From an archaeon (lineage in GTDB: Archaea > Iainarchaeota > Iainarchaeia > Iainarchaeales > JANQMZ01), in contig JANQMZ010000007.1 in assembly GCA_028279805.1 (NCBI GenBank), forward strand, positions 210,001 through 242,000: a stretch of 32,000 nt of DNA, written 5' to 3'. The translations under genes and the position numbers were made by a program. Below the pieces are notes generated by a model. The model saw only the letters and a program-made list of their open reading frames with translations. It was not told where the DNA came from and did no database searches. Positions 16,470-26,118 of the stretch are shown in pieces (position 1 is the stretch's first letter; every line of letters begins with the position of its first letter).

Positions 16470-19346
16470 GTGAATTTTAGCTCTATTGAAAAAAATAGTC
16501 AGAAAACTTGGGAAGATGAAAAACTTTTTTCTCCGGAAATTGATTCAGAAAAAAAAGGATTTTACATTCAGGTTGCTTACCCGTATCCAAGCGGGGCAAT
16601 GCATATAGGACATGCAAAAACGTACACTACTACAGATATTATTGCAAAATACAAAATGCTTGCAGGCTATAATGTGTTAATGCCAATGGGATGGCATGTT
16701 TCAGGAACACCCGTGCTGGCAAGCGTTGAAAAATTAAAGGAAAAAGATTCTGAAACAGTTAAAATTTTTACAGAAAATTTTAAAATTCCTGAAAAAGATT
16801 TAAAAAAAATGCATACGCCTGATGGCCTTGTTAATTATATGGTTGATGAAGCGGAATACGGTTACAAAAAAGGAATGAAAATTTTGGGATTCGGAATTGA
16901 CTGGAGAAGAGAGTTGAAAACAATTGATGAACAATATAAAAAATTTATTGAATGGCAGTATGAAAAACTGAATCAAAAAAAATTAATCGGAAAAGGAAAA
17001 TATCCGATTCGTTATTCACCAAAAGACAAAATGGCTGTCGGAGACCATGATTTGAAAGAGGGAGAAGGAATAGGAATTCAGGAATTTACTTTGCTGAAAT
17101 TCAAACTTGAAGGATTTAAGAACAGGTTTTTGGTTGCAGCTACTTTAAGGCCTGAAACAGTTTACGGGCAGACAAATTTATGGTTAAATCCGGAATACAA
17201 ATACACTGTCATAAAAACAGGTAAAGAGGAATGGATTTTAAGTGAAAAAGCGGCAGAAAAGTTAATTTATCAAAAAGAAAACATAAAAAAAATTGGGAAA
17301 ATGAACTCAAGAGAGCTTTTAGGTGAAAAAGTTGAAGCTCCTGGAATTGACAGAAAAATTCCGATCTGGCCTGCTTCTTTTTGTGATCCTGAAATTGGCT
17401 CAGGAATTGTAACAAGTGTTCCGAGTGATGCTCCTATCGACATGGCCGCTTTGATTGACCTGCAGTCTGATGAAAGCATTGCAAAAAAACACGGGCTTGA
17501 TTTTGAGGAAATTAAAAATACAAAAATTATTCCGATTATTAAGACCAAAAAATTCGGAGAAAATGCAGGGGAAAAAATTTTAAAAGAAATGAATATAAAA
17601 AATCAAAAAGAGCTTGATAAGCTAGAAAAAGCAAAAGAAATTGTTTACAAAGAAGGGTTTCATTCAGGAGTCATGCTTGAAGCTGCCGGAAAATTCAAGG
17701 GATTAAAAGTTTCAAAAGCAAAAGATTTGATTAAGGAAGAATTGATTAAACAGGGAAAAGCTGATTTATTTTTTGAACTTGAAGGAAAAGTTGTTTCCAG
17801 GTCGGGCGGAGAATGTGTTGTTCGTTTGCTTGATGACCAGTGGTTTGTAAAATATGGCAATAAAGAATGGAAAAAGAACAGTAAAAAAGATTTGGACGGA
17901 ATGAAAATTGTTCCGGAAGTTTTTAGAAAACAGTATGAACAGATTTTTAACTGGCTTGATGACAAGCCTTTGACCCGTGCCAAAGGCCTGGGTACAAAAT
18001 TTCCATGGCAAAAAGACCAGGTAATTGAACCGCTGGGAGATTCAACTGTTTACATGGCTTATTTTACTATTGCACATTTGATTAATACAATTGAAGCTCA
18101 AAAGTTAAACGATGAGTTTTTTGATTTTATTTTTCTGGGAAAAGGTTCAGCAAAAAATGTTGCCGATAAAACCGGTTTAAAAGTGGATTTAATTGAGGAA
18201 TTGAAAAAAAATTTTGATTATTGGTATCCTCTGGCTTTTAATGTTTCAGCCATTGAATTGATTCCGAATCATATGAGTTTCAGCATTTTTCAGCATAATG
18301 CAATTTTTCCTCAAAACAAAAGGCAGATTGGCACAATTAATTTGGGAATGCTTATTTTGGAAGGAAAAAAAATGAGCTCATCAAAAGGAAATGTTATTCT
18401 GATTAATGATATTTGCAAAAAAATGGGAACTGATTATGTCAGGTTTTCTTTAATGAATTTTGTTGAACCGTGGGAAGAAATGAACTGGCAGTCAAAAGAA
18501 GTGTCAAAAGGAATTAAAAATTTGAATAATTTTGTTGAACAAATTTTCAAACTTGCAAACTCGGTTGATGAAGAAAAAATTGATTTAAAAAAATTAAATG
18601 ATGTGGATAAATGGTTTTTGAACCGGATAAATTTTAGAATTAACAATTATATTGGAAAAATGAATGAATTTGAATTAAGATCAGCCTTGCAGGAAATGTC
18701 CTTTAATTTGGCAAAAGATTTTAAGTGGTATAAAAGAAGAAATTCAAAATTAAACAATGCGATTATTTTTTATTTTGTTAAAAACTGGTGTAAAATTATT
18801 TCACCTTTTATGCCTCACCTGGCTGAAGAATTATGGAGGCATGTTTTGAAACAAAAAAACTCCGTTTTTTTATCAGGTTTGCCTGAAAAGCAAAAAATTG
18901 ACAAATCAGTGGGGGCGGGAGAAAACTTAATTGAAAAAGTTTTGGATGACGTTATTGCCATTAAGGCTTTGGCTAAAATTGAAAAACCTAAAAAAATTGT
19001 TTTTTACATTGCCGATGAATGGAAATGGAATGCTTTGAAATTGCTGAAAAAAGTGGACAGGCCTGATTTTGGCTTGGTTATAAAAACTTTAATGGCTGAT
19101 AAAACTGTTAAAAAACAGGGTAAAACTGCTCAACTGGTAGCAAAAGAATTTTCTTCAAGATTAATGGAGTTTAAAGATTTGGAAAAAATTGATGAGGAAA
19201 AAATTTTGAATGATTCAAAGGAGTTTCTGTTAAAGGAATTGAATGCTCAAAAAATTGAAATTTTTCATGAGAAAAAATCAGGTTTTGACCCCCAAAACAA
19301 AGCGGTTAAATCAATGCCGGGAAAGCCTGCAATTTATTTGGAGTAA
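16470..19346 (+). CDS. leuS: Leucyl-tRNA synthetase (GTG start)
   Basis: 958 aa with AYPYPSGAMHIGHAKTYTTTDIIAKYK (HIGH), GSGIVTSVPSDAPIDMAAL (editing domain) and KKMSSSKGN (KMSKS). Confidence 0.97.
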   Translation: MNFSSIEKNSQKTWEDEKLFSPEIDSEKKGFYIQVAYPYPSGAMHIGHAKTYTTTDIIAKYKMLAGYNVLMPMGWHVSGTPVLASVEKLKEKDSETVKIFTENFKIPEKDLKKMHTPDGLVNYMVDEAEYGYKKGMKILGFGIDWRRELKTIDEQYKKFIEWQYEKLNQKKLIGKGKYPIRYSPKDKMAVGDHDLKEGEGIGIQEFTLLKFKLEGFKNRFLVAATLRPETVYGQTNLWLNPEYKYTVIKTGKEEWILSEKAAEKLIYQKENIKKIGKMNSRELLGEKVEAPGIDRKIPIWPASFCDPEIGSGIVTSVPSDAPIDMAALIDLQSDESIAKKHGLDFEEIKNTKIIPIIKTKKFGENAGEKILKEMNIKNQKELDKLEKAKEIVYKEGFHSGVMLEAAGKFKGLKVSKAKDLIKEELIKQGKADLFFELEGKVVSRSGGECVVRLLDDQWFVKYGNKEWKKNSKKDLDGMKIVPEVFRKQYEQIFNWLDDKPLTRAKGLGTKFPWQKDQVIEPLGDSTVYMAYFTIAHLINTIEAQKLNDEFFDFIFLGKGSAKNVADKTGLKVDLIEELKKNFDYWYPLAFNVSAIELIPNHMSFSIFQHNAIFPQNKRQIGTINLGMLILEGKKMSSSKGNVILINDICKKMGTDYVRFSLMNFVEPWEEMNWQSKEVSKGIKNLNNFVEQIFKLANSVDEEKIDLKKLNDVDKWFLNRINFRINNYIGKMNEFELRSALQEMSFNLAKDFKWYKRRNSKLNNAIIFYFVKNWCKIISPFMPHLAEELWRHVLKQKNSVFLSGLPEKQKIDKSVGAGENLIEKVLDDVIAIKALAKIEKPKKIVFYIADEWKWNALKLLKKVDRPDFGLVIKTLMADKTVKKQGKTAQLVAKEFSSRLMEFKDLEKIDEEKILNDSKEFLLKELNAQKIEIFHEKKSGFDPQNKAVKSMPGKPAIYLE

Positions 19347-19771
19347 AAACCTTTGTTTTCATAATCTAAATACATTTTACAGCATAGTGAACCTTTGCTT
19401 ACAGCTTCATGCAAATCTTCCGAAGTGCCCCATTTTATTGCTTGATATTGTGTAATTCCTTTTATAGGCTGAGGTGCTTTTGGTTTTCCGTGCACTATCT
19501 CTGCTTCATATTCTTTCATATTAAGAATATATTTTTCCCGTTCTGTCTGGTCTTCCCCAATAAGTTTAATTATTTTGAGCTTTACTCCAAGTTTTTGTTT
19601 TCCTGAACGCAATGTTGCTTTTTCAAAAGATTCATCTTCTTTAACTGAACCTGCTGGTAAACCCCAAGCCCCTGGCAGGTTTTCATCATCGTCTGGCCTT
19701 TTAACTATTAAAAATTTTGATCTGTCTTCAGTGTAAATCACATAAGAAATTGCGTTCTTTACTGGTTTCAT
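19334..19771 (-). CDS. Nudix-fold protein with degenerate Nudix box, 145 aa
   Basis: AWGLPAGSVKEDESFEKATLRSGKQKLGVKL occupies the Nudix box position. Confidence 0.75.
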   Translation of the reverse strand: MKPVKNAISYVIYTEDRSKFLIVKRPDDDENLPGAWGLPAGSVKEDESFEKATLRSGKQKLGVKLKIIKLIGEDQTEREKYILNMKEYEAEIVHGKPKAPQPIKGITQYQAIKWGTSEDLHEAVSKGSLCCKMYLDYENKGFYSK

Positions 19772-19810
19772 ATCTTTTATAGGAGCAGAGACTTATATAA
19801 AATTTTTCAT

Positions 19811-21574
19811 TTATTTTGAGAGTCCTTCTTCAACATTTGTAACTTTTTTAACTTTTTTAAGTGCTTTCATGGCTTTGTCAAATTTGGTTTTTGTTTTTGC
19901 ATCAACCCTGAATTCAACGTAAAGATTTTGACCAAGCCTTTCCTGATAAACATTTTCAATATTTATTTTAAATTTTGAAAGCACGCCAGTTAAGTCATGC
20001 ATTAAGCCTATTCTGTCACCTGCTCTTACAAAAATATATTTTAAACCTATTTTTTTGTCGGATTTTCTGGTTGACAATTTTAATGCTTTTATTATTTTTT
20101 CTTTTGTCTGAAGAGAATTTGTCATCTGAAGCCAGTCCGTTGAAACTGTTTTCTTTTTTGATTTGACGCATTCAATTCTGTTTCCGGAATGAAGTTCTGT
20201 GAAAAAAGGAACTTCTTTTCCGTTAACAAAAACTTTTTTTAGGTTGTTTCCTGTGTTTTTGTCAATGTGATATGCATAGTCCAGAGCAGTTGAATGTGAA
20301 GGTAAAGAATCAATTTTGCCGCTGTTGTCAAAAACAAAAATATGGTTTTGCAAAAATTCTTCTTTTAATGCGTCAAAAAATTTGTCACTTGACGCCAGTT
20401 TTAATTCTAAAACAGCTGCGGCTCTTCCAAGTTTTTTCTGGTAAAGAGTTTTTGAGCCTTTTTCAGGATCCAGGGCTGCTATTCCTTTTCTGGCAATTTT
20501 GTCCATTCTTTCAGAACGAATATAAACACGTACAGGCAGGCCTTTTGGGCCCAAAACTGTTGTGTGAATTGAACTGTATGTTCCGTCTCTTGGAACCGCT
20601 ATAAAGTCTTTTAATTTTCCGGGAATTGGGTAAAAAGTTGAATGAATTAAACCTAAAACTTCATAGCATTCAGTGAAATTTTTGGTAACAACTACCAGTA
20701 CAAGATAGTCATATATTTCGTCAAGTGAACGGTTTCCTTTTTTCATTTTTGCATAAATGTTATACAAGCTTTTTTCAAGAGTGTAAAAACGATAATTTCT
20801 GAAAGGAAAAACAATTTTGTTTTTTAAAATTTGAATCATTGAATCTGTTTGTTTTAACTTTGATTTTTTTTGTTTTTTAATTTTTTCTGACAATTCCTGA
20901 AATATTTTTGGTTCAAGAATTTTAAAACTTGAATCTTCCATTTCCCTTGCAATTGAATGCAATCCGAACCGGTGTGCTAACGGTGCATAAACCTGTAAAA
21001 TTTGGTTGGCAATTCTTTTCCTTTTTTTTGGTTTTAAATATGATAATGTTCTTGAATTATGAAGCTTGTCTGCAAGTTTTATCAAAATGACTCTGTAATC
21101 TTTTACCGATGCCAACAAAAGTTTTTGAAAAGATTTTAATTCTGCGGTTTTTCTTCCTTCAAGGGAAATTATGTCAAGTTTTGTTACTCCTTTAACAAGT
21201 TCTAAAACTGTTTTTCCGAATTTTTCTTCAACTTCTTTTTCTGTAGCATCAGTATCTTCCAAAACGTCATGCAATAGTCCTGCAATTATTATTTCATTTG
21301 AAACGTTGTATTCAAGCAAAATGTTTGCAGTTTCATAAAGATGAACAAAATATTTTTCGCCCGATTCTCTTTTTTGTTTTGAATGTTTTTCTTCGGCAAA
21401 AATAAAAGCTTCTTTTATTTTTTTTATATTTGGTTTTTTTATGTTTTTCCTGGCTTTTTTTAATAAAAGTTTTAATTCTTTTCTGAAAAGTTTTGCTTCT
21501 TTTTTTGTAAATGCTTTTAAAAAATCAAGTTTTGGCAGGCTTGGAACGCTTTTCAAAATGGGTTTTTTTGACAT
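19811..21574 (-). CDS. RelA/SpoT homologue (HD hydrolase, synthetase-like, TGS, ACT)
   Basis: KHSKQKRESGEKYFVHLYE...LLHDVLEDT...ILIKLADKLHNSRTL; TGS-like HIFVFDNSGKIDSLPSHSTALDYAYHI; C-terminal ACT-like GDRIGLMHDLTGVLSKFKINIENV. Likely start MSKKPILKSV at 21574. Confidence 0.9.
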   Translation of the reverse strand: MSKKPILKSVPSLPKLDFLKAFTKKEAKLFRKELKLLLKKARKNIKKPNIKKIKEAFIFAEEKHSKQKRESGEKYFVHLYETANILLEYNVSNEIIIAGLLHDVLEDTDATEKEVEEKFGKTVLELVKGVTKLDIISLEGRKTAELKSFQKLLLASVKDYRVILIKLADKLHNSRTLSYLKPKKRKRIANQILQVYAPLAHRFGLHSIAREMEDSSFKILEPKIFQELSEKIKKQKKSKLKQTDSMIQILKNKIVFPFRNYRFYTLEKSLYNIYAKMKKGNRSLDEIYDYLVLVVVTKNFTECYEVLGLIHSTFYPIPGKLKDFIAVPRDGTYSSIHTTVLGPKGLPVRVYIRSERMDKIARKGIAALDPEKGSKTLYQKKLGRAAAVLELKLASSDKFFDALKEEFLQNHIFVFDNSGKIDSLPSHSTALDYAYHIDKNTGNNLKKVFVNGKEVPFFTELHSGNRIECVKSKKKTVSTDWLQMTNSLQTKEKIIKALKLSTRKSDKKIGLKYIFVRAGDRIGLMHDLTGVLSKFKINIENVYQERLGQNLYVEFRVDAKTKTKFDKAMKALKKVKKVTNVEEGLSK

Positions 21575-21609
21575 ATTATAGTATATTTGAAGCAATTTAT
21601 AAAAATCTT

Positions 21610-23319
21610 TTACATTTGCTCTAATGGTTCAACATTTAACAATTTTAAGGCTTTTTTCAGGACAATTGAAAAAGCTTTTACAAGTGAGAGTCTTGCTTTA
21701 ACGGTTTCCTTGTTTTCAGCATTTAAAACGGGGATATCCTGGTAAAAAGAATTAAACGAGGTGGCCAATTCGTTTAAATAAATGCATAAATGATGCATTG
21801 AATTTGAAGAGCGGCTTTTTTGAACAGCATCTTTAAAATGCCATAATTTTTTTATAACTTCAAGTTCTTTTTTTTCTTTCAACAAAGAAAAATCTGCATT
21901 TTCAGGATTTGAAGCTTTTCTTAAAATTCCTTTTGCTCTTGCATAAGAATACATTAAATATGGTCCTGAGTCTCCCTCAAAAGATAATGATTGCTGGGGA
22001 ACAAATGTAAAATTTTTTTTGGAATCAATTTTTAACATTGAAAATTTTATTGCTGCAAGAGCTATTTTTAACGCTCTTTTTTCTAATTCATCTTTTTTTA
22101 CATTTGGAAATCTTTTAATAATTTCTTTTTGTGCGGAATTTTTTAACTGTTTTATTAAATCATCAGCATCAATTGTGTTGCCTTCACGGCTTTTTAATTT
22201 TCCTTCAGGCAATAAAACCAGGCCATAACTTAAATGATGAGATTTTTTTGCTTCACTGTAACCCAATAAATCCATTATTTTGAACAATTGTTTAAAATAC
22301 AAGTCTTGTTCTGATGCAACAACATAATAACTTTCATCAAATTTGTAATCTTTAAATTTTTTTAACATTAAAACCATGTCCTGGTTAATGTAAATTGATG
22401 AACCGTCTGAGCGCAGAATTATTTTGTTCGGAATTTTATATTTTTCCAAATCAGCTATAATTCTGTTTTTATCATCTTTAACAAAAACACCTGTTTTTAG
22501 CCCTTTTTTTATCAAAGGTTTTGCTTTGTCATACAAATCTGATTCAAAATAAATTTTGTCAAATTCTGAACCGAATGTTTTGTAAGTTTCTTTAAAACCT
22601 TCAAGAGCCCAGTCTCTTGATTTTTTCCATAATGCTCTTACATTTTTATCTTTTCTTTCCCAGTCTAAAAGCATTTTTTGTGCTTCTTTTTCAAGTGTTT
22701 CATCTTTTTTTGCTTTTTCGTGAAACAAAACATAATATTTTCCGGCAAACTTGTCTCCTTTTAATTTTTCTTTTTCAGGTGTTGAATTTTTTCCGAATTT
22801 TTTGTATGCAACAAGCCCCTGGCAGATGTGAATGCCCCGGTCATTTATTATGTTTACTCGTGCGACTTTGTTTTCATAAAATTCGAGCAAATTTGAAAAA
22901 GCCATTCCGATGCTGTCATTTCTTAAATGCCCTAAATGTAAAGGTTTATTTGGATTTGGCTGGGAATATTCCACTACAATTTTTTTATTTTCAGGTTTTG
23001 GTTTTCCAAAATTTTCTTTTTTTTCAAAAATTTCTGTTAAAATTTTTTGAGTTAAAAATGTGCTGTTGACAAAAAAATTCAGATAAGGCCCTGCTGCTTC
23101 CGCTTTTGATAATTCTTTTGGCATTTTTAATTTTTGTGAAAGATTTTTTGCAATTTCATTCGGGTTTTTTTTAAGCTCTTTTGCGAGCAAAAAACAGGGA
23201 AAAGCGTAATCACCGAGCTTTGAATCCGGGGGAATTTCCAACGCTTTTATTATCTGCTTTTCTTTTAATGAGGAAACTTCCTTGGATAAAAGTTTTGCGA
23301 TTATTGTTTTAAAATGCAT
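21610..23319 (-). CDS. argS: Arginyl-tRNA synthetase
   Basis: EYSQPNPNKPLHLGHLRNDSIG (HIGH), DLYFKQLFKIMDLLG, LSFEGDSGPYLMYSYARAKGIL. Likely start MHFKTIIAKLL at 23319, not the upstream ATG. Confidence 0.95.
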   Translation of the reverse strand: MHFKTIIAKLLSKEVSSLKEKQIIKALEIPPDSKLGDYAFPCFLLAKELKKNPNEIAKNLSQKLKMPKELSKAEAAGPYLNFFVNSTFLTQKILTEIFEKKENFGKPKPENKKIVVEYSQPNPNKPLHLGHLRNDSIGMAFSNLLEFYENKVARVNIINDRGIHICQGLVAYKKFGKNSTPEKEKLKGDKFAGKYYVLFHEKAKKDETLEKEAQKMLLDWERKDKNVRALWKKSRDWALEGFKETYKTFGSEFDKIYFESDLYDKAKPLIKKGLKTGVFVKDDKNRIIADLEKYKIPNKIILRSDGSSIYINQDMVLMLKKFKDYKFDESYYVVASEQDLYFKQLFKIMDLLGYSEAKKSHHLSYGLVLLPEGKLKSREGNTIDADDLIKQLKNSAQKEIIKRFPNVKKDELEKRALKIALAAIKFSMLKIDSKKNFTFVPQQSLSFEGDSGPYLMYSYARAKGILRKASNPENADFSLLKEKKELEVIKKLWHFKDAVQKSRSSNSMHHLCIYLNELATSFNSFYQDIPVLNAENKETVKARLSLVKAFSIVLKKALKLLNVEPLEQM

Positions 23320-23383
23320 GGAATAATTAGAAAAAACCCTTTTAATAAGGTTTTCCAGCTCTACTTTTTTTTGGTGAAATTGG

Positions 23384-24037
23384 ATGTATGCAGTATCTTC
23401 ATCCGGAGGAAAAGACAGCACTTTTGCATTGTTTAAGGCATTGGAACAAAATTTTAAAGTAACTCATCTGATTCATGTTTACAATCCGGATACTTCAAGG
23501 GTAAGATTTCATGGTTATAAGCCTGAAATGGTTTCAAAACAAGCTGAACTTTTAGGGCTAAAGGAAATTATAAAACCCACAAGATCTGAAAAATTTGAAC
23601 AGGATTTTGAACTTGTTTTAAAAGAAGCAAAAAAACAGGGAATAAAAGGGTTGATTTTTGGAAATCTTTTTCTTGAAGATGTAAGAGAATTTTATCAAAA
23701 AAATGTCACAAATGCAGGCCTGGAATATTATGATGTTTTATGGAAACAGCCGACTGAAAAAGTTTTAAAAAATTTTATTAAAACCGGTTTTAAAGCAATT
23801 ATAACTTCGGTTTGGTTAAAAAAACTTGATAAAAAATTTTTAGGAAAACATATTAATGAAAAATTTTTAAAAGAAATTAAAAAAGAAAAAAATGTTGATT
23901 TCTGCGGAGAAAACGGAGAATATCATTCTCTTGTTTTTAACGGGCCGTTATTCAAAAAACCGCTGGAATATGAAACATTTGGTGTTCATGAAGAAAAGGA
24001 AAACATTTTTTTGGATATAAGAAAAAAAGAAAATTAA
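23384..24037 (+). CDS. dph6: Diphthine--ammonia ligase / PP-loop ATPase
   Basis: N-terminal MYAVSSSGGKDSTFALFKAL PP-loop; FGNLFLEDVREF; ENGEYHSLVFNGPLF. Confidence 0.88.
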   Translation: MYAVSSSGGKDSTFALFKALEQNFKVTHLIHVYNPDTSRVRFHGYKPEMVSKQAELLGLKEIIKPTRSEKFEQDFELVLKEAKKQGIKGLIFGNLFLEDVREFYQKNVTNAGLEYYDVLWKQPTEKVLKNFIKTGFKAIITSVWLKKLDKKFLGKHINEKFLKEIKKEKNVDFCGENGEYHSLVFNGPLFKKPLEYETFGVHEEKENIFLDIRKKEN

Positions 24038-24678
24038 ACTGCTTGTGCTTTTTCCTGTTTTCTTTTAAATCGTTTTAATCTGAACGTGTCTTCTCTTTCC
24101 ATTTCTTCAAGCCTTAACTGAATAAATTTGGCATCCAGTTCCATTGCGGGAATAATGTTGAATTCCAAAGCATTTACCCTGCGTTTTGTTTTGCCTATTT
24201 CCATCAATAATTTTTTTAAAGTGGTTTCAATTTCAGCTGCAATAATAATATTTTTAATTAAAGTGCCGTAACTTTTGGCGGCATCATCAATGTAAGCCGA
24301 TGTTCCAATTACACCATAACCTCTCTCATTAAACTTCCATTCTAAAACACTTGAATCTGAATCAATTTCAGGGACCCTTACACCCATAACCATTTTGCTG
24401 TTAACATTTAAATTTAATTCAGAAACTCTTCCAAGAGCAGCTGATTTAACAGAAAAAGTTCCTTCAATTGCCCTTGCAAGATTAATTGAATCAGTTGCTT
24501 TTTTAAAATTTTGATTTAACTCTGACTTCATTTCTTTTGCTTTTTCAAAAACTTTAAAAAATTCTCTTATTAAACCGTCTCTTTTTCTCTGAAGCAAAGA
24601 ATGCCCGGATTTTGCCAGCTTGATTTTTCTCCTCAGTTTTAATAACTCGGAACGAGTTGGTTTAATGTCTTTAGCCAT
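24034..24678 (-). CDS. atpD: A/V-type ATP synthase subunit D
   Basis: PTRSELLKLRRKIKLAKSGHSLLQRKRDGLIREFF signature; end of the ATPase operon. Confidence 0.93.
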   Translation of the reverse strand: MAKDIKPTRSELLKLRRKIKLAKSGHSLLQRKRDGLIREFFKVFEKAKEMKSELNQNFKKATDSINLARAIEGTFSVKSAALGRVSELNLNVNSKMVMGVRVPEIDSDSSVLEWKFNERGYGVIGTSAYIDDAAKSYGTLIKNIIIAAEIETTLKKLLMEIGKTKRRVNALEFNIIPAMELDAKFIQLRLEEMEREDTFRLKRFKRKQEKAQAV

Positions 24679-24687
24679 TTTTTCACT

Positions 24688-26115
24688 TTATTCTTTTTCA
24701 GTAACAGTTTCTTTTTCTTTCTCTTCAGGTTTTTGTTCCTGAACATTTTCTTCCACAGGTTTTTCAGTGTAATATTTTTCAATTAATTCTTCATCAATTC
24801 TTGTTAACTCTGTTCTCGGCAACAAGGATAACAAGTCCCAGCCAAGATTTAATGTGTCATCAATTGACCTGTTTTCATGGTTTCCCTGTGCAATAAATTT
24901 TTGTTCAAAATTGTCTGCAAATTTTAAAAATCGTTTATCCCTGTCACTCATTGCTTCCTCACCAACAATTGTAACAAGCCCTCTTAAATCCCGTCCCTCT
25001 GCATAAGCAGCATACAGCTGATTCGAAACCGCTTTATGGTCCTCTCTTGTTTGTTTCGGGCCTATGCCTGCATTCATTAACCTGCTTAAACAGGGCAGAA
25101 CATCAATAGGCGGCATGATTCCTTTTCTGTTCAAATCTCTTCCCAGAACAATTTGCCCCTCGGTAATATACCCTGTCAAATCGGGAACAGGATTTGTAAT
25201 GTCATCTCCTGGCATTGTTAAAATTGGCACCTGTGTAACAGAGCCTTGTTTGTTTTTGATTAAGCCTGCTCTTTCATAAATGCTTGCCAAATCTGTATAC
25301 ATGTAACCAGGATAACCACGCCTGCCCGGAACTTCTTCTCGTGCCGCGCCTATCTCCCTTAAAGCTTCACAGTAATTTGTCATGTCAGTCAAAATAACAA
25401 GCACGTCCATTTTTTCTTCAAAAGCCAGGTATTCTGCGGTTGTCAAAACCATTCTTGGCGTAATTAACCTTTCAATTGCAGGGTCGTCTGCCAGATTCAA
25501 AAAAATTGCAGTTCTTTCCAGTGCACCTGTCTCCTCAAAATCACGGATAAATTGCTGGGCTTCCTCGCTTGTAATTCCCATAGCCCCAAACACAACTGCA
25601 AAATTTCCTCCTTTGGCTTTGGATTGTCTTGCAATCTGTAACGCAATTTCATTGTGAGGCAAACCTGAACCTGAAAAAATCGGCAGCTTTTGTCCTTTAA
25701 CCAAAGTATTCATTCCGTCTATTGTTGAAATGCCTGTCTGAATAAAATCTTTAGGAGAATCTCTTGAAAAAGGGTTGATAGCAGCGCCATTAACATCTTT
25801 TTTTTCTTTTGGAATAATTTCAGGACCTTTGTCTATCGGTTTTCCAAGACCTGAAAAAACTCTGCCAAGCAAATCTTTTGACACGCCAAGCCGGATTGTT
25901 TTTCCCGTAAATTTAACAGTTGAAGCTTTTTCTATTCCGGATGTTCCTTCAAAAACCTGTACAACAACAACATCTTCAGATGTGTCCAGTACTTGTCCGT
26001 TTTTTTTCTCAGAACCCAAATCTATTTCAACCAATTCTCCGAATGAAACGTCGTGTGTTTTTTCAACAAAAATTAAAGGGCCTGCAACTTTTGAAATTGT
26101 TTTATATTCCTTCAT
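24688..26115 (-). CDS. atpB: A/V-type ATP synthase subunit B
   Basis: [68 protein letters not shown]. Confidence 0.97.
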   Translation of the reverse strand: MKEYKTISKVAGPLIFVEKTHDVSFGELVEIDLGSEKKNGQVLDTSEDVVVVQVFEGTSGIEKASTVKFTGKTIRLGVSKDLLGRVFSGLGKPIDKGPEIIPKEKKDVNGAAINPFSRDSPKDFIQTGISTIDGMNTLVKGQKLPIFSGSGLPHNEIALQIARQSKAKGGNFAVVFGAMGITSEEAQQFIRDFEETGALERTAIFLNLADDPAIERLITPRMVLTTAEYLAFEEKMDVLVILTDMTNYCEALREIGAAREEVPGRRGYPGYMYTDLASIYERAGLIKNKQGSVTQVPILTMPGDDITNPVPDLTGYITEGQIVLGRDLNRKGIMPPIDVLPCLSRLMNAGIGPKQTREDHKAVSNQLYAAYAEGRDLRGLVTIVGEEAMSDRDKRFLKFADNFEQKFIAQGNHENRSIDDTLNLGWDLLSLLPRTELTRIDEELIEKYYTEKPVEENVQEQKPEEKEKETVTEKE

Positions 26116-26118
26116 TTT

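Noticed and set aside
17750-17850. LeuRS segment SRSGGEC, where a Cys-rich RCG..C motif is often seen
   Set aside because: Loss of this zinc-type motif varies among LeuRS enzymes. Catalytic and editing motifs look normal, so not reported as a finding.
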